From positions 248,001-312,000 of the forward strand of contig RSEE01000024.1 of the NCBI GenBank assembly GCA_003971905.1: 64,000 bases of DNA, given 5' to 3'. Within the stretch, counting starts at the first letter, position 1, and every line of letters begins with the position of its first letter. This DNA comes from Moniliella sp. 'wahieum'. Its lineage: Eukaryota. Of the stretch, positions 63,357 through 64,000 are shown in pieces. Under the pieces are notes generated by a model. That model was not told where the DNA came from. It saw only the letters and a list, made by a program, of their open reading frames with translations, and made no database searches. The translations under genes were made by a program, and so were the position numbers.

Positions 63357-64000
63357 CAAAATGCCAGAGTGCGCTGCAAATGAGTGTTGCGCGCGGCAAG
63401 AAAGAAGAGGAAGGAGGGTGCAGAGGACCAAGAGGTGCAGCGAGGCAAAAGAAGAAGAATTATATACTCCCAGGGAGATCACATATTTGGAACGAATGGC
63501 AAGACTGGCGTTATGCGTGTGCTGCGGGGGAAAGGGTCGCATTTTTGTTTTTTCCTTTGTCGACGTTGAGGCACTACAACAGCCACCCCTTATGGACCTG
63601 TTCCACGTATTCCTACCACCAGGTACTTGAGCCAGCGCAAGGCCCATTTCGGTTCCAGGGCCCCGTCAGGTACCCCCGTCACTCAACCACATGCACAAAC
63701 ATACCCTCGAGCACATATACTACCCGCCGCGCCCGCAGACACAGCATGGGAACATATCACCAGTGTGTCATTCTGTCCTAATAGACAGTTACCTGATCTG
63801 AGATTTGGATAGTCGAGAAGCACCCTGGACACTTCACCGTGCCGTCGAGGCATTCCAGCGCAACCCAAGGTATTTCCAAGGGGGGATGGGGTGATATAGG
63901 CACAATCGGACCCTATGCCTCATCTGTAGCTCAGTTTTCAGGCTTCAAGCCATCCCCCACCCAGCGTGTCGGGGGGGGGGGGGGGGGGGGGGGCATACAT

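Noticed and set aside
63970..63993. Long poly-G runs (also near 40695, 52140, 58010) as functional G-quadruplex elements
   Set aside because: Homopolymer lengths are unreliable in this assembly and nothing else supports a function.

Overview
Eukaryotic DNA, most likely a high-GC basidiomycete fungus. Spliceosomal introns use GTACGT/GTGAG donors and CTAAC-type branch points. About 17 host genes are supported: YMC1-like carrier, OSH1/2-like, UBP6, HxxxDG acyltransferase, GPI-type aspartic protease, phospholipase D, Msb1/DUF1708-like, CBF1, HTD2-like, C2H2 factor, KAR5-like, ARG7, RTC4-like, ABHD11-like, two orphans and a giant repeat protein. There is also an intron-containing tRNA-Ala(TGC). 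Most genes carry 1-bp frameshifts, often in G/C runs, which look like unpolished long-read errors rather than pseudogenisation, so exact exon boundaries are approximate. The centre (about 27.5-44.4 kb) has no recognisable conserved gene. It holds a young full-length chromodomain Ty3/Gypsy element (180-bp LTRs, CCCGT target-site duplication, Tf1-type self-priming signal) inserted into an orphan ORF, then a lower-GC ORF-poor tract and a truncated Ty1/Copia element; this block is a candidate regional centromere. Other highlights are a reconstructed ~1,730-aa secreted Gly/Ser/His/Trp modular repeat protein with only two cysteines, one near each end, and a 25-bp tandem array of GTCACGTG sites in the CBF1 gene's own promoter. 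All family assignments come from recognising motifs by eye; no database search was run.
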